Made by a program: the position numbers and the translations under genes. DNA of 63,896 nucleotides, the filler included, from Reclinomonas americana ATCC 50394 (lineage: Eukaryota), in assembly GCA_048213135.1 (NCBI GenBank). It is 5 parts of 4 records of this genome, joined end to end, with 100 filler letters (N's around TTAATTAATTAA, not from the genome) between each part and the next. Parts side by side here need not be neighbours in the genome. Positions count along the whole stretch, not along the records: positions 1 to 30,563 come from PS015054.1; positions 30,664 to 47,868 come from PS015055.1; 3 more parts are not named here. The stretch is one strand, 5' to 3'. Shown here one piece after another: positions 21,889 to 38,187 of this stretch. Numbering within the stretch: the first letter of the stretch is position 1; the number at the start of each line of letters is the position of its first letter. A model generated the notes under the pieces. It saw only the letters and a program-made list of their open reading frames with translations, had not been told where the DNA came from and made no database searches.

Positions 21889-24800
21889 ATGTCCAGTGGC
21901 CTCGCCGAGGCTCCTCTGTCGCCCACGGGCTTTTCGTCACTGGCGGCGTCGCCAAGTGCGGCGCTCATGTATGGATCACCGAGTGGCGCGATCAAGCGAG
22001 CCCGATCGGCGTATCCTCTAATCTCGGACACGCAATCGCCCACGGCGGCGGCGGCGACAAGGCCCGCGGCCAGTGTGGTCAGTGTCGTTGTGCGACCGCG
22101 CCGTGAAGTACAAGACGAGTTGCGGGTGCTGGAACACGCGCAGCGCAACGCTGTTCGCCGATCTCGATCTGGTGAGTTTTTGCGCGGGGGAATGTAGTGG
22201 TGCTGGATTGTTGAATGCTGATCCTCCTCCACAGCCGCGGCAGTACGGAGACCAAACTCGTCGTCGTCGTCGAGCATGGGAGTGACGGCCAGTGTTGGCG
22301 GCCACGAGTTTCTGTTGGCGCTGGCCGAGCGGCGTGCAGCGTCTCTCCTGGCGCAAAGCCCCCTGGCAGCCGAGGTCAGCTGCTGCCTTCGTCCCTTGCT
22401 TACGCGCTATTAGCTCACCTCTTCCGCCGTCAACAAACACAGGGCGGTATGGCCGCAGCCTCCTTGTGGCGACGAAATGGCGTCACACCGACCGCCACGT
22501 CAACACCAACACCGACTGGCGACGGCAGCCATGTGCCACCGCCGGTGATGCAACGGGCGGCCACCACTGGCGACCTTCCCTTCTCCAACAGCCGCACGCT
22601 GGTTTCGGTGCTCCACGAGCAGCAGCATCAGCGATCGGCCACCGTTGTGACGACCGCCGCTACCACGCCGGCGTCGTCTCCGCCGCCTTCACGGAACGGT
22701 GGCTCACGTCAGCGTGCGGTGCAGTCGGCGGGTGGTGGGCGACGGCGACCGTCGGTTCTTGTGCTGACCAGTCCCTCCACGGCCAATGGCACTGGCGTCG
22801 GCGAGTCTCGAGAACCGAGCCCACCATCACCCTCCCGCACATCGTCCCATACCGTCAACGCACCGGGAGGAGATCTGCGGAGCCCGTCACCCGTGCAGCA
22901 GCCGTTGAACATACAGCCCAAGTACGCCAGCTACGGAACGAAGGCCGAGTTTCTGCGTCGCATGGAACAGTTTGTCGTCACCCACCTCGATCACCAGCCG
23001 GCCGATCGGTGTGCTTCCGTTCACTGTCACCACAACCCCTTCCAGCAACGATGGATACTCATGAGGTGCTTTTCCTCCCCAATGTGCAGAACGAATCCTC
23101 GGATATGCCACGAGCGGCTTGCCGCCGTGCGCTCTCTGTTCGGTTGGTGGCGAAGAGTTGGAGAGTGTTTGGTGTGCGTGTCGGTGGTGACTGACCACCA
23201 TGACGGCGCAGGCATGTTTATGCAAGAATTCTCGTCGTACAGCCTCGTCTTGTCGTATGTAATGGACGAGTATGAGGAATACGTGCGAGAGTGGAGCATG
23301 CTGCAGGAGCGGAACAACGAGCTGAAGATGCAGGTTCAGGACCTGCGCGGTGAGATGCGGCTGCACAACGAATCACTGGCCGACGCCATCAGCAAGAGCC
23401 GCAGCATCCTTGCGCAAGGAGGGTATGTAGGTGGAAAGCGCGATGGCAGAGCTATTGGTTTCTCACTCGTCGTGTGACAGTGGCGATCGTGCTGGTACCA
23501 TTATGGAGGAGACGCAGAGGAATGGACTAAAGTTGGAGATCGAGGAGCTAAAGGAGCAAGGTGAGAGGCGCCGTGGTCGCGCTGTCTCTGTTGGCGCAGT
23601 TTGCTCACGCAGTCACCGCCCACAGCCGCTCAGCTGCGGCGAGAAATTCTGGTGATGAACGGCGACAAGCGGCAGCTGGAGGCCTCGCTGACGAATCTGC
23701 AGAACGACGTGCAGCGCAGCGCATACTACGAGACGCAGTACATCAAGGCCAAGAGCGATGCTTTCGCGAGTTGCGCTGCCTTTGTGTCACAGGTCTCCCT
23801 CTAGAAAACCACGCCGTCACTCATTCTCCTATCGCCTACAGCCGTGGTCAAGATGGAGTCGGCGCTGGAGCAGGTGCGACTTGCCGACGAGCGGTTTGCC
23901 AAGGGCATCGAGCTGGAGCGACAAAAAGCCAATCTGCGCATGGCGCGCAAGTTCGACAAGCACGTGCTTACTGAAAAGAGACTGGTGAGTGAGGAAGGCA
24001 CTCTTCTTCATTTTTTGGCATCCCAGCGTGTCTCACGGTGGTGGTGCGCACAGCGGGAACAAGTAGAGAGATTACGATATGCGCTGGATGTGGTGCTCCA
24101 ACGCAACCGTGATTTGGCGCAAAAGCTCAACGAGCTGCGCGACCGCAAGCAGCGCGGCGGTTTCACGCCACGGCCCGACTGGGTCGCCATTGAGCAGACG
24201 CTGACGAAGAAGGGCATCGAGATGCCGCCTCCACCGCAGCCGAATGTGGTGTACGAAGTGCACTCGATGCCCATCTTTGACGCGGCCGCGCAGCCAGTGG
24301 TTCCAGTCCGCGAGTCGGCGGCTGAGTGGCTGGAGCGCTTCCTCAAGGCGCACCACGACAAGACCCGTCTGCGACGGCGCAAGTCGAAAAAGTCGGCCGC
24401 CGAGATCCAATTGCGCGAGCTTGCCCGTCGACAAGGTGACACCGATGATGCCGTATCGCTGTCGTCGAGCGATGAGGAAGACGATTTATCGGAGGTGAAC
24501 ACCGACTGGGACCAGGCGCACGTGGAGAGTCTGTACATGGAGGCCATGAAGGATCCGTCGTTCTCGGCCAGCTCGTTTTACGTGGAGCACTTGGTGGCGG
24601 CCCTGGTCGAGCTCACCAACGACTATGAAGTGGTGAGTGTGGAAGTGGGGTGTGCGCGGTGAAAGGAAAAGGATGTGCTGACTGGGTGAATGTGGGCGGG
24701 CAGCTGGAGAAGGAGATGGCGGGACTTAAGGACTTTGTCAATCTGGCCGGCCGCAAGGGTCGCATGGCAGAAAAGTGCGTGCACGCCATTTCTGTCTTCT

Positions 24801-27407
24801 CCCTCTCGGTGCTCCTTACTGATTCGCTGGTGCAGGGCGGATTCGCAACTCAAGTACATTCCCGCACTCGGTTCGACACCCGACATTCCCAAGTACCTGC
24901 GCGCCGTCGGCAAGATCCGCAATCGCAGCATGAGCAAGCGCGATGCCGAAATGTTCATTCGCGAGTTCTGGGCCGCCAAGGCCAAGTACGAAAGCGGCGG
25001 TCGCGTGATTTCCGTTGCGTGCAGTCATCAGTGTCGACCTATGAATGGTGGATTACTCATCTCAGCTCTCGCCTCGTCGATGTGCAGGTGGACGAGTTCA
25101 TGTACCACCATCTGCTCAGCAAGCACGGCATTCACGGTGTCATTGTGGAGTTTGCGTACAACTTGCTGGAGGCGCTGAAGCAGTACCGATACGACCCGGA
25201 CTGCGACATGTTTTTGAGGATCTTGGAGGGTCTGTTTGACGCGTGACTCTCTCGCACGCGTGTGTGTGAGTGGCTCACTGCTGGTATGGCACGACACAGG
25301 CAACTTTAGCGAGGAAATCTACCAGGAGCAGATGAAGCTGGTGTCCTCCACGCAGCACGTGCTTCGCAAGGCCGACGAGGAGCTGCACGGCAAAAAGACG
25401 CGCACGAACAAGTTGCGCAAGTCGGAGATCGTGGCCAAGCTGCGCGAACACTTGCCGGCCAAGAAGCACGAGAACATTATCAAGCTGCTGGTGGTGCGTC
25501 GCCACGCCACGTCTTCTTCGTCTCGATTGCCCCAGCGGTTCTCCCAACACCTTCTCTTATACAGTGTCTGCACAACGACACCGACACAACTCGCAATGTG
25601 CTGGTGCGCTACAACAAGCTGTTCGAGGAGGATCGCAACTGCAATCAGTCGGACTTCCTGGAGGAGTTGCGCACGCAGCACATGTCGGAGCGAGCCGAGT
25701 TTCTCGAGGCGATCGAAGCGGCGGTGGCCAGTCGTGGCATGTCGACGATGGGGCCGCAGAATGTGTGGGAGGTGTTTAGGGAGGTGAGTNNNNNNNNNNN
25801 NNNNNNNNNNNNNNNNNNNNNNNNNNNNNNNNNNNNNNNNNNNNNNNNNNNNNNNNNNNNNNNNNNNNNNNNNNNNNNNNNNNNNNNNNNNNNNNNNNNN
25901 NNNNNNNNNNNNNNNNNNNNNNNNNNNNNNNNNNNNNNNNNNNNNNNNNNNNNNNNNNNNNNNNNNNNNNNNNNNNNNNNNNNNNNNNNNNNNNNNNNNN
26001 NNNNNNNNNNNNNNNNNNNNNNNNNNNNNNNNNNNNNNNNNNNNNNNNNNNNNNNNNNNNNNNNNNNNNNNNNNNNNNNNNNNNNNNNNNNNNNNNNNNN
26101 NNNNNNNNNNNNNNNNNNNNNNNNNNNNNNNNNNNNNNNNNNNNNNNNNNNNNNNNNNNNNNNNNNNNNNNNNNNNNNNNNNNNNNNNNNNNNNNNNNNG
26201 GGGGAAGGGGAAGGAAGAGGGAAAGGGAGAAAGGGAAAGGGAAAGGGAAAGGGAAAGGGAAAGGGAAAGGGAAAGGGAAAGGGAAAGGGGGGAAGAGTAG
26301 AAAGGGGAAGGGAGAAAGGGAGAAGGTGAAGAAGGGCAAGGAAGAGAATGGGGATGGTGAATGGATACGAGGAGTTGGAAAGCGGGACGGTTGTGGGTAT
26401 GGGAGGTGCGGAAGGGGAGCGAAGAGAGGGAAGGAAAGAGGATATGGAAACGATGATAAGGGGAAAGAGGAATTGAGGATAGTTTTGCGTGGTGAAGACG
26501 ATGTGAGAGGGAGATGGATATCGGGGAGGACGGAAGGTAGTCAAGAGGCGAGAATGTTGAGATGTACAGTCGATGCGTATGGTACGGGATGGAGGTGTTG
26601 TCGGTGTCAGGAAGCAGAGAAGGTCGGAGTGGGTAGCTGGGAAGAGATTGAGGAGAGAGTTGAGCTGACTGACAGAAGAGAAGGAAGAATAGTGTCTAGC
26701 GAAGACTTGAGTCAGAGGCTGGAGGCGGTATGCAAGCAGTGACAGTGTTGAGTCGATAAGCAATGAGACCGTCCAGAGTGACGAATTCACTGGCATGAAG
26801 ATGGTGAGGGAGTGCAGATGTTGTGAGAAATAAGAGGCAGTCATGATGAAGTCGAACTGCGACAACGAGCAACAAGCATGCATCATCCAGCAAGCGCCAC
26901 ACGCACGCACGCACTGACCTCTCCCCGCCCACAGATCGACCCAGACATGCCGATATCCTATGCCGACTCGGTGCTACTAAAGGTCTTCAACGTCAAGGTC
27001 AAGACCTTGATCGAGAGGAGCGACAGCAACACCTTGTCACACACTCCACCGCTCTCCGTTGACTCGCTGCTCTCGGTGAGTCAAAAGTCGCAGCTATTGT
27101 TGTCGTGTCCCTCCCGTTTCCCGTCGCTCACTCACCATCCCTTCCCCACTTTTAGCAAATTCGCAAGTACGACATCAAACGCTTCACTCAGGCGCCAGTG
27201 GGACCGCTTCCCTTTGAGGAGGTTGGCGAAGACGAGGCGGACGACGATGGCTCCGACAGCGACGTCAACGACGACGAGAAACACGATGTCGAACACGTCG
27301 AGCACACGTTCAACACGGGCGATTACATGGCCAAGGATCCCGACGATGCCGCCGCCGCCGCCACCGGCGCCTCTGCTTCCGCCATGCCGAGACCACCCGA
27401 CGAGTGA
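21889..27407 (+). CDS. TSNAXIP1: Translin-associated factor X-interacting protein 1-like coiled-coil protein, about 15 introns
   Basis: Long coiled coil, then FTPRPDW, YIPALGSTPDIPKYLRAVGKIRNRSMSKRDAEMFIREFW, EFAYNLLEALKQYRYDPDCDMFLRILEG and LFEEDRNCNQSDFLEELRTQH. Confidence 0.82.
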
Positions 27408-27439
27408 TCTCACAAATGAATCGATAAACCACTGTGCGG

Positions 27440-28977
27440 TCACTTGCGTCGCTTGCCGGCATTTGCCGCGGGAGGGCTGGACGGTGATCCACTTTCGAGA
27501 AAGCCGTTCTCGCGCAACACGGCCACCATCGACTCGAGGATGCGTTTGAAGCGGTCCGGACCGAGCATGATGCCGCCGTACCAGCGCGTGACCACCACTG
27601 CCACGTTCTTCACGTCGGCCGTCTGCAGAAAGTACAAGAGCTGGCGGGAGAGAGGTGAGCACCCGCAGCGGCATGTCATACGTTAGCCATGCGCCTGCGT
27701 GCACACCTTGAGACTCGCGCCACCCTCTCCATCGTCGTCTGTGTGCTCCAACACACGCCCTTGCCCGTCGTCCACCCGATACACAAAAATGCTGACAATG
27801 CTGACAGTCAGCACATCTCTCTCTGTTTGGCGCGCCATGGTACACCGTCTGCCACTCAACTTGTGCGTCGCCATGGCATACTTTTTCTCCATCAGCAAGT
27901 GGTACCGCATGGACTCGGCCTCCAGGGCGCTGCGCACCTCGGCAGCGTGCGATACGAACTTGCTCTTGCGGTCGACAATTGCCTCGGCGCACTCGAACAT
28001 TCTTCGCGAGAGGGAAAGAGGAAGGGAGATGAGAAGGCGGAAGAGGGGAAGAGGGGAAGGGAGAGGCAAAGAATAACAGGCTTAGGGGTGCAGCGAAGAT
28101 GAACAGGTTGATGAGAGGGAGAAAGCAAGGACAAGTGCAGACTGGAGATGCGGAGGAGATCACAGCGAGTAAGTTGATGTGAGGGAAAGAAGAGGCAGAG
28201 ACGACAGAGAGGATACAGAAGGGTTGCAGAGTAATGAGAGGAAGAGGAAACGAAAAGTGGAGGCGGGGAGACGCAGTGTCACCATGCATAAGAGAAGACG
28301 GCAAGGCGGAGGCAAGCATGAGTGCAGGCCGGGAGGATGCAGAGGAGAGAAGGACAAACGCAGACGATGTGGAAGCGAGGTTGAGCAGGGAGAAGGACCA
28401 GATGACAAAGAAAAGAGGCAGACAAGGATATGCAGTCTCACCGCGAACGAGTCGATGAGAAAGAACGAAAGAAGAGGGCACAGCTTCGACAACAAGACAC
28501 TCAACTCTGGCGGAGGCGGCAACGCAGAGGCCAGTGCCAACGCCGCCCGTTCCCGCCCAAGTCCCTCTTGCTCATGCTCCTCCATGGCCGCAGCCGCCGC
28601 ACGCTCGCTGGCAGACGACAGCGCATCGAGTTCCGAGGTCAACCTGCCTCAGCCCCGAGATGAGCGAGCGAGAGAGAGAGAGAGAGAGAGAGGAGCAGAC
28701 NNNNNNNNNNNNNNNNNNNNCACAGAGATGCGACATGGAGGAGGCTCAGTGCTTACTGCTGCATCAACAGCAGCAGTAGTCTCCACGTAGAAGGTGACTT
28801 GCAGAGTGACGCGTGTGCTGCTCAGTGTGAGCTGCAACATGTGATGAGCGCGTGATTGCCGTCTCTCTCTTATGTCTCTCTGTCGCACGCGCACACCTTC
28901 CACTCGTCGTCTTGCGTGCCACGTGTGAGCTCGTCAGAGAACACACTAGAGAGCATCTCAAGTGACTCGGCGTCCAT
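27440..28977 (-). CDS. IMPACT: IMPACT/Yih1 family protein (RWD-like N-terminus plus UPF0029 domain)
   Basis: IVDRKSKFVSHAA, ATHNIFVYR, DDDGEGGAS and NVAVVVTRWYGGIMLGPDRFKRI. N-terminal MDAESLEMLSSVF resembles the start of an RWD domain. Confidence 0.92.
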
Positions 28978-29018
28978 TCGCAGCAACAAAGAAGCAACAG
29001 AGGGACAGACAAGGACTT

Positions 29019-30146
29019 TTATTCGTCTTGAGCACTCAGAAAAACGCGCGCTTGAGCGTCTTCCACGAGAAAGCAACGCATCACAATCTCCGCCAACGAG
29101 TGCTCGTCGCCAGCAGCACCACCACCAACAACAATAGCCTCCTGCAGTGCCTGCTTGGCGGCCTCGGCATCGTGCAGTTCCTGTCGAGCGACCGCCAGTG
29201 CAGTGCGATACACGAGCACAGTACCGCGTTCCAGGCCGCACGCAATGTGCTGACCGTCGGGCGACACGGCCACTGCGCGGACGGGCGAGTCGCAGTCGAA
29301 CTGCTGCACCTGGGGCATGTCGTCGAGCGACCACACGCGCAGCGACTTGTCCCAGCTGCCGCTGACCACGCGACGACCTGTGGGCGGCACCGCGGCAACC
29401 GAGGTCACTGGCATCGTGTGGCCTTGCAGCTGCTGCACCTCCTGCAGCGTGGCGATCGACCACAGGCGCACGCAGTCGGGGTGGAGACCGCCATCGGTCA
29501 GCAAGTGCTCACCGTCGGGCATCAGGCACATGGAGTGCAGTGGCCCGGTGAAACGCATCGACTTGCGCACAAGCTCACCCGTGGCGAGTGACCACACGCG
29601 CAACACCATATCCTCGCCTCCACTGACCGCCAGCTGTTGCTGCGCATTGTCGACGACAACGACGATACAGTACACGGCGCTGTCGTGACACTGCGGAATA
29701 TCTCTCTGCACCACGTGCGTGCCCGCGACTGCGTCCACCAGCACCACTTGCACGTCGCCACTGAGGCTGCCCGTGAGCACGAGCAGCGAGTGCGGTGAAG
29801 GACAGCTCGCGACAGTCACCGCCCACACCATTGACGATTCCCACGAGTGCACAAGCGCACCTGTCTCCAACGCCCACACGTGCACCTGTGAGGCGCTGGT
29901 GGCCAGCACCCATTGCCCATCTGGCGATACTGTCACGGCATACACCTGCTGCTGCGCATGCTCGACATCATGCTGCCAACACCAGTGCAATGCCAACGAT
30001 TGCCACGTGCACACAGAACCATCGGCGGTGCCAGTGACAATGTAGCGCCCATCCGGCGACCAGGCTACGCTTGTCACAGCACCAGCATGCGCAGTGTTGT
30101 GGCACAGCGGTCTCCCTCGGAAACATTGAAGAGAGTTGTCCTGCAT
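29019..30146 (-). CDS. Intronless WD40-repeat protein with a short helical C-terminal tail (paralogue A)
   Basis: About 7 WD repeats (HAGAVTSVAWSPDGRYIVTG, GHTMPVTSVAA...VSGSWDKSLRVWS). Start codon uncertain because the frame stays open further upstream. Confidence 0.85.
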   Translation of the reverse strand: MQDNSLQCFRGRPLCHNTAHAGAVTSVAWSPDGRYIVTGTADGSVCTWQSLALHWCWQHDVEHAQQQVYAVTVSPDGQWVLATSASQVHVWALETGALVHSWESSMVWAVTVASCPSPHSLLVLTGSLSGDVQVVLVDAVAGTHVVQRDIPQCHDSAVYCIVVVVDNAQQQLAVSGGEDMVLRVWSLATGELVRKSMRFTGPLHSMCLMPDGEHLLTDGGLHPDCVRLWSIATLQEVQQLQGHTMPVTSVAAVPPTGRRVVSGSWDKSLRVWSLDDMPQVQQFDCDSPVRAVAVSPDGQHIACGLERGTVLVYRTALAVARQELHDAEAAKQALQEAIVVGGGAAGDEHSLAEIVMRCFLVEDAQARVFLSAQDE

Positions 30147-30607
30147 CGATGTGCATGTTGCAAGGCGCGGTCCCGGCTTGCAATTGAGCTGCCTAGCCAC
30201 TGGCAAGCTGGAGATGCAAAGCACGGGCTCCACAACAAGCTCCAGCTCGAGGCATGCAATATTAATTGCAACGTCGACTTCGAGGCCCTTTGCCGCTCGC
30301 TTTCTGCAGACTGCAAGCCATATATGTATGTGCAGCTCTCCGTCTTTGTCTCGCTGTTCTGCTGCTTGATGGAGCTCGCTGAACACTCCCCCGTCGAGCT
30401 GTCCTTTGCATGCATTGGTCCACTTTCGTCGTTGCCCGAGAGATTCGCGATCGCCACACAATGTATTCGCACAACATCGAAGTCTCCGTGCAAGATGCCG
30501 CGGCCGATGTCGGCAAGGAAGGTGCGTCGCGTGAATAGGCAAACCCTCTCCCCCTGAAAGAGANNNNNNNNNNNNNNNNNNNNNNNNNNNNNNNNNNNNN
30601 NNNNNNN

Positions 30608-30619
30608 TTAATTAATTAA
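30608..30619. other. Artificial scaffold linker TTAATTAATTAA within an N run
   Basis: Palindromic 12-mer with stops in all six frames, flanked by Ns. It recurs identically at 47913, 57827 and 62272. Confidence 0.95.
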
Positions 30620-30663
30620 NNNNNNNNNNNNNNNNNNNNNNNNNNNNNNNNNNNNNNNNNNNN

Positions 30664-30815
30664 CACTCACTCACTCACTCACCACTCACTCACTCACTCA
30701 CTCACTCACTCACTCACTCACTCACTCACTCACTCACTCACTCACTCACTCACTCACTCACTCACTCACTCACTCACTCACTCACTCACTCACTCACTCA
30801 CACACTCACTCACTC
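30664..30815. repeat. (CACT)n microsatellite
   Basis: Direct tandem tetranucleotide array, inside the first intron of the EF-hand fragment. Confidence 0.95.
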
Positions 30816-30889
30816 TCCCTCCCTCCTCTCCCTTCTCTCCCTTTCTCTCTCTCTTCCCCCCCCTTCCTCGATCTCCCGCACGCACTCAC

Positions 30890-30962
30890 AAGTACTCTGC
30901 AACTTGAGCTCCTCAATAACCTCCGGATCCAGCGGCTTATCCGCCGAGCTACCGCCACCCAT
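30890..30962 (-). CDS. First exon of a probable myristoylated EF-hand calcium sensor (calcineurin B/NCS-like); the rest is off the scaffold
   Basis: MGGGSSADKPLDPEVIEELKLQST followed by a phase-1 GTGAGT donor. Matches the MG...L..E.IEEL...T.F start of this family. Confidence 0.55.
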
Positions 30963-31087
30963 CCTCTCTCTCAATCACACACACAATCACAAATATCAGA
31001 GCGCAATTTCGTTCATCGTTTGCAACCGTCAGCTTCCGTCCTTTCAACCGTCATCTGTTGTTGTTTTGTTTTGTTGTTGTGTTTGAT

Positions 31088-33690
<2,603 letters not shown>

Positions 33691-34372
33691 AATGAGAAAA
33701 GGAAATATCATACCCACTGGCGAGGAGAAGTGGTGTGTGCGGCATGACGCAAGGGTGGGCGCGACGCACTGACAAAGGAGCAGATGTGTTGCGCAACAAA
33801 AGGAACACAAGTGTCGACTGCGAGAGGGAGAGGTGGTGCTCCTAACACGATTTTTCTGCATGCCAGATGTTGGCAGTGCGTAGAGCAAGCGCTTGCTCAC
33901 TGCGTGCGCCTTCACTTTCTCCTCCTCCTCCTCCTCCGCCAATAAGCCTCATCTTCGTGGAGGCAACGACGACTCACCTTACAGAGAAGAGAAAGAAACA
34001 AAGCACGTCCCTTTGATTAAAATGAATATCAGCTCGTTTTCCATATGCCGCGCGCCTCTTGGCCTCGTGGTGCTTCCGCTGCTGCTCATCATCACTGCAT
34101 GCGATCTCTCTGTCTACTCCTCTTCCACCAGCAAAAAAGCACGTCATACCCTCTTCTCTCATCTCGCTTCGTTTGTTTGTGTCGCACCAGCGGTGAACAC
34201 TACATCGCCGTCCTTCCGACGCAGTCGCATCGAGTTGACTGACCAACGCTGCACCGTTTCCACGCACTCAGCAGCAGCCATGTAGTCTCGAGTGAAAAGC
34301 CAAGCAATCGGTCAGTGTCACCACATCCTTCTCTCATTGCATCCTTTACCATTTTCTCGGCCTCCTCCCTCG

Positions 34373-36058
34373 CTAACGCCGATGGCGATCACTGCCACCT
34401 CGATCGCGATCCCGATAGTCCCTCTCTCGATCACGATCACGATCGCGATCCCTGTCGCGATCGCGATAATCTCTCTCCCTCTCACGATCCCTGTCACGGT
34501 CGCGATAGTCCCTCTCGCGCTCCCTCTCACGCTCCCTCCGCCTGTCACCCTCGTCATCGCGCTCGCGACTGCGGCGGCGCGGCTCCTCCTTTCCCCTCTC
34601 CTCCTGCTCCATCGTCGTCTTCTTCTTCTTCTCCTCCTCCTTGGCCTTTTTCTTCTCCTCCTTGGCCTTCCTCTTCTCCTCCTTGCGCCGCCGCTTCCGC
34701 TCGCGTGCCTCCTCGCCGCCACCCTCCTCCCCCTCGTCGTCGCTGTACACCAGACCCGAATGCCGCCGCTTCTTGGCGCGCTTCATCATGGCCAGCGGGT
34801 CCTCCTCCTTGCCCTCGGCGGGCTCCGGTGACGACGAGTCGGCGCGCTTGGCCGCCTCGGCACGCTCCTTGGCCACATGCTTGCGGAACTCGCTCTCCTT
34901 CTCGCCCCCCTCCTCGTCCTCATCCTCGTCCTCTTCCTCGTCGCTGTCGACTTTCGGCTTGCGGTAGTTGTCGACGTGATCGACGCGAATGGTGCGCTTG
35001 CTGATGGTGGCGCCGTTGAGATTGTCGACCGCCAGCACAGTGCTGCGCTGGTCCTCGTAGCACACAAAGGCGAAGCCCTTGACCTTGCCGGTTTTCTTGT
35101 CGCGCGCCATGCTCAGGTCGACGATCTCGCCGTACCTGCGGATAGGAAGGAAAAGGGGGAGGGGGAAGGGGGGGAAGGGGTGAGGAGGTAAGGGGGAAGG
35201 AGGAGAAGGGGAGAAGGGGAGAAGGGGAGGGGGAGGGGGGAAAGGGGAGAGGGGAGAAGGGGGAGAGGAAAGTGGGCAGGAGGGAGCGATGAAGGTGCGA
35301 GGTGAGGAGAGAAGAGTTGAAAGGAGGCGGAGAGAGGGGGCGATTGGAGTCGGAAGAGAAAAAGAAGAAGGACAAGAGGGGAGAGGGTAAGAGAGAAAGG
35401 GTGAGGGGAGAGGGTAGGAGAGAAGAAGGGCGACAAGGAGAAGAAGGGCGAGAGAGTGACAGAGGGACAGCAGGAAGGAGTAGAGGGGGTGATTTGAGGA
35501 TACGAGAGACGGAGGGAGGAGGTGACCGGTGCGAGAGGACAGGAGCAAGGAGAGGGAGAAGGACGAGAAAGAGAGAGAGGCACGAGATGAAGGAGAGAAG
35601 AAGGGAGGTGTGGAACGGTAGATGGAGGGAGGGAGAGAGGGGGAGAAGAAGGGCGAAAACAGCTCAATAGAGGGAGAGTCAGAGAGAAGAAGGCTGAGAA
35701 AGGTAAGATAAAGGACGCTGCATCCTTCTGCACGTGATTCCTCAGCCGTATGAAGAAACACATGCATTCCTTCCCCTTTTCTTCCCCCTCCCTCGTTTTC
35801 TCTTCCTTTCATACCTTCCCCCGTACTCTCCCCTTCCCCTGCATGTCCTTGTCACTTGCAGACTCTCTCTCTCTCTCCTCTCTTTGTTTATCTCTCTCTC
35901 CCCTCACAACGCAACTGCGACATGAACGTCAGCACATCGCCCTCCGTCAGCACATAGTCAAGGTTGCCAACTGCATCAAAAAAATCATACAAAAAAAGAG
36001 TGAGAAAAACACGAGACTCTCTCTCATAAACACAATGCACAGTGCACAATGCACTCTT

Positions 36059-36089
<31 letters not shown>

Positions 36090-36138
36090 ATGCACAATGC
36101 TCTCTCTCACACACAATGCACGATGCAACATGTAATGC

Positions 36139-36178
<40 letters not shown>

Positions 36179-36211
36179 ACTCATTCACACTCACACACAC
36201 AAAGTACAATG

Positions 36212-36251
<40 letters not shown>

Positions 36252-36361
36252 TTACACACACTCTTTCACACAATGCACACCGCTCTCTCTCTCTCTCTCT
36301 CAATGCACAATCACTCTCTCTCTCTCTCTCTCTCTCTCACGCACACACAATGCACATCCAC

Positions 36362-36395
<34 letters not shown>

Positions 36396-36518
36396 TCTCT
36401 CTCACTCACCAAACACCCACGCCGAGTGCTTATACTTGTCGTGCCACGACTTGCCCGAGGTCAAGCCCAACTCAATCTCCCGCTCATTGATGCGGTTGAT
36501 CTCCTTCACCACGTTCAT
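34373..36518 (-). CDS. RBMX2: RES complex RRM protein RBMX2/Ist3(Snu17), 2 long introns
   Basis: MNVVKEINRINEREI...SWHDKYKHSAWVFVGNLDYVLTEGDVLTFMSQYGEIVDL...RDKKTGKVKGFAFVCYEDQRSTVLAVDNLNG...IRVDHV, with an RD/RE-rich tail. Confidence 0.96.
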
Positions 36519-37068
36519 CTCAAACAAACAAAACAAAACAAGGACAGAGGACACAGCGTCAATCAAGAGTTGTCCTTCAAGAACTTCAAGGCAACTGTGG
36601 GCAGTACTAAGCTATGCAACAAGCTGTTTATGTGCTTTACAGCTCGAGCTGTGTGGTTATATCCATGCTTTGTCACGAGTCAGCATAATAATTCGGCATT
36701 CGACGTCGACAACATGTACAACAATTGCAACGTTAACAACAACTTCACTGTAATCCAAACAGCAACACAGCTGCATGATGATCACCATCTTGAGTGAGCA
36801 CCTGAAACTCAGACATCACGGGAAAAACAAGACAAGTCGAGTGGCTAGCGTAATGCTGGCGTTTCTTTACGAATTCGACTCTTGCTTTCTCTGTTTTCGT
36901 CACGTCTCCATATTTTGGTGCTCACTCAAGATGGTGGTCATCATGCGGGTGGGTTGCTGTGAAGATGTTGTCAGAAACTGTTCAGTTTACTATTCTCTTC
37001 CCTGCCAACGAAACCTGCATCAGCAACCTTGCACCCACATCGCTCGACTCTCCCACCACTCACCTGCA

Positions 37069-38154
37069 TCACAGCTTCGCTCGCAGATTCGTGGCCCGTC
37101 GCGAATCGGTGACCAGCACCACCTTGCCGACGACCTTGCGATCCAACACGGCGCAGTGCGCCTGCACGACTTGATCGAGAGGGAATGCTTGCGACACCGG
37201 AATCGGCTTCATGCCGGCGGCCACCAGCTTGAACACTGCGATGTGCGGAGTCAGGGAGTGCGTGGTGGAGGATGACAATGCAAGGACAAGGACGAAACGA
37301 TCGCCAAACGAGTCGCGCACGACTTTGGGGTCTTTGGCAAAGTGCGCACCCCAGAAGACGCCAGTGGCGCTGCGGAGGAGAGATCAGCGAGACAAAGAAC
37401 GCAACTTGGTGCAACAGCGGAATGCATCCAACTGATAGACAGAGAGACAAAGAACGGGTGCATGCACAGCACACAGAACACAGACTTTTGGAAACCACAA
37501 TGACCGCGACAAGTCCTCCACCAACCAGCCGTCACGGACCCACGCACCTTGAATTCTTGACAAGCTGCACGAGACAGTCAGCAATCAGATGGGAGAGAGG
37601 CAGAAAGGAGAGAGAGGGAACGTAAGAAATAGAGGAAGAGAGAAACCATCAGACATGAAGGAGACTGCCTGAGGATACGACGAGAGAGGTGAAATGTAAA
37701 CCAAGAGGGTGACGCACGGAGAGAAGGACGAAGGAAGTGACTGGAGATGCTTGGCGACAGAGACGGAGAACGAAATAAAAAAGAAGGCGGATGAGTGAGA
37801 ACAAGACACAGTACAGCATGAGAGCCATGTGCGCAAGAGAAGAGGGTGGTCTTTCCCTCCCTAATCCCTACTGCGCTCTTTCATCGGAGAACTGAGGAGC
37901 ATTACGATCCTCTTGATGTCTCGGGTGACCTTCTCTCTCGCCCACCTTTTCTCCCCCGCACAGTGGCTCATGTCCCCTTCCGGGCCCTCTCTGGTTCAGC
38001 CACTCCAGTTTCTTCTTCCTTCCATCTCTCCCTTCGTCTGTCCTCATCTTGTCAGCCTCTTCGCAGCTCTTCCATTTTTCTCATGAACGAATTGCACGAC
38101 TTCTTCTTCATCAGGCGCATTCTCCTCGACGAATCAGTTGGCGTTCCCCTCGTC

Positions 38155-38187
<33 letters not shown>

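Noticed and set aside
24868-24885. GGTTCGA T-loop-like words (also at 43450) and ACAGAGAAG U6-like words (33981)
   Set aside because: No cloverleaf or snRNA context; they lie in coding or unrelated sequence.
26200-26330. (GGGAAA)n tract as an interstitial telomere repeat
   Set aside because: It is part of a purine-rich intronic microsatellite, and similar GGGAGA/GGGAAA tracts occur in other introns.
37399-37405. GTTGCGT on the minus strand as another shifted donor
   Set aside because: The quinone oxidoreductase reads LVKNSSATGVFWG with one intron spanning this site, so it is not needed and was not counted.
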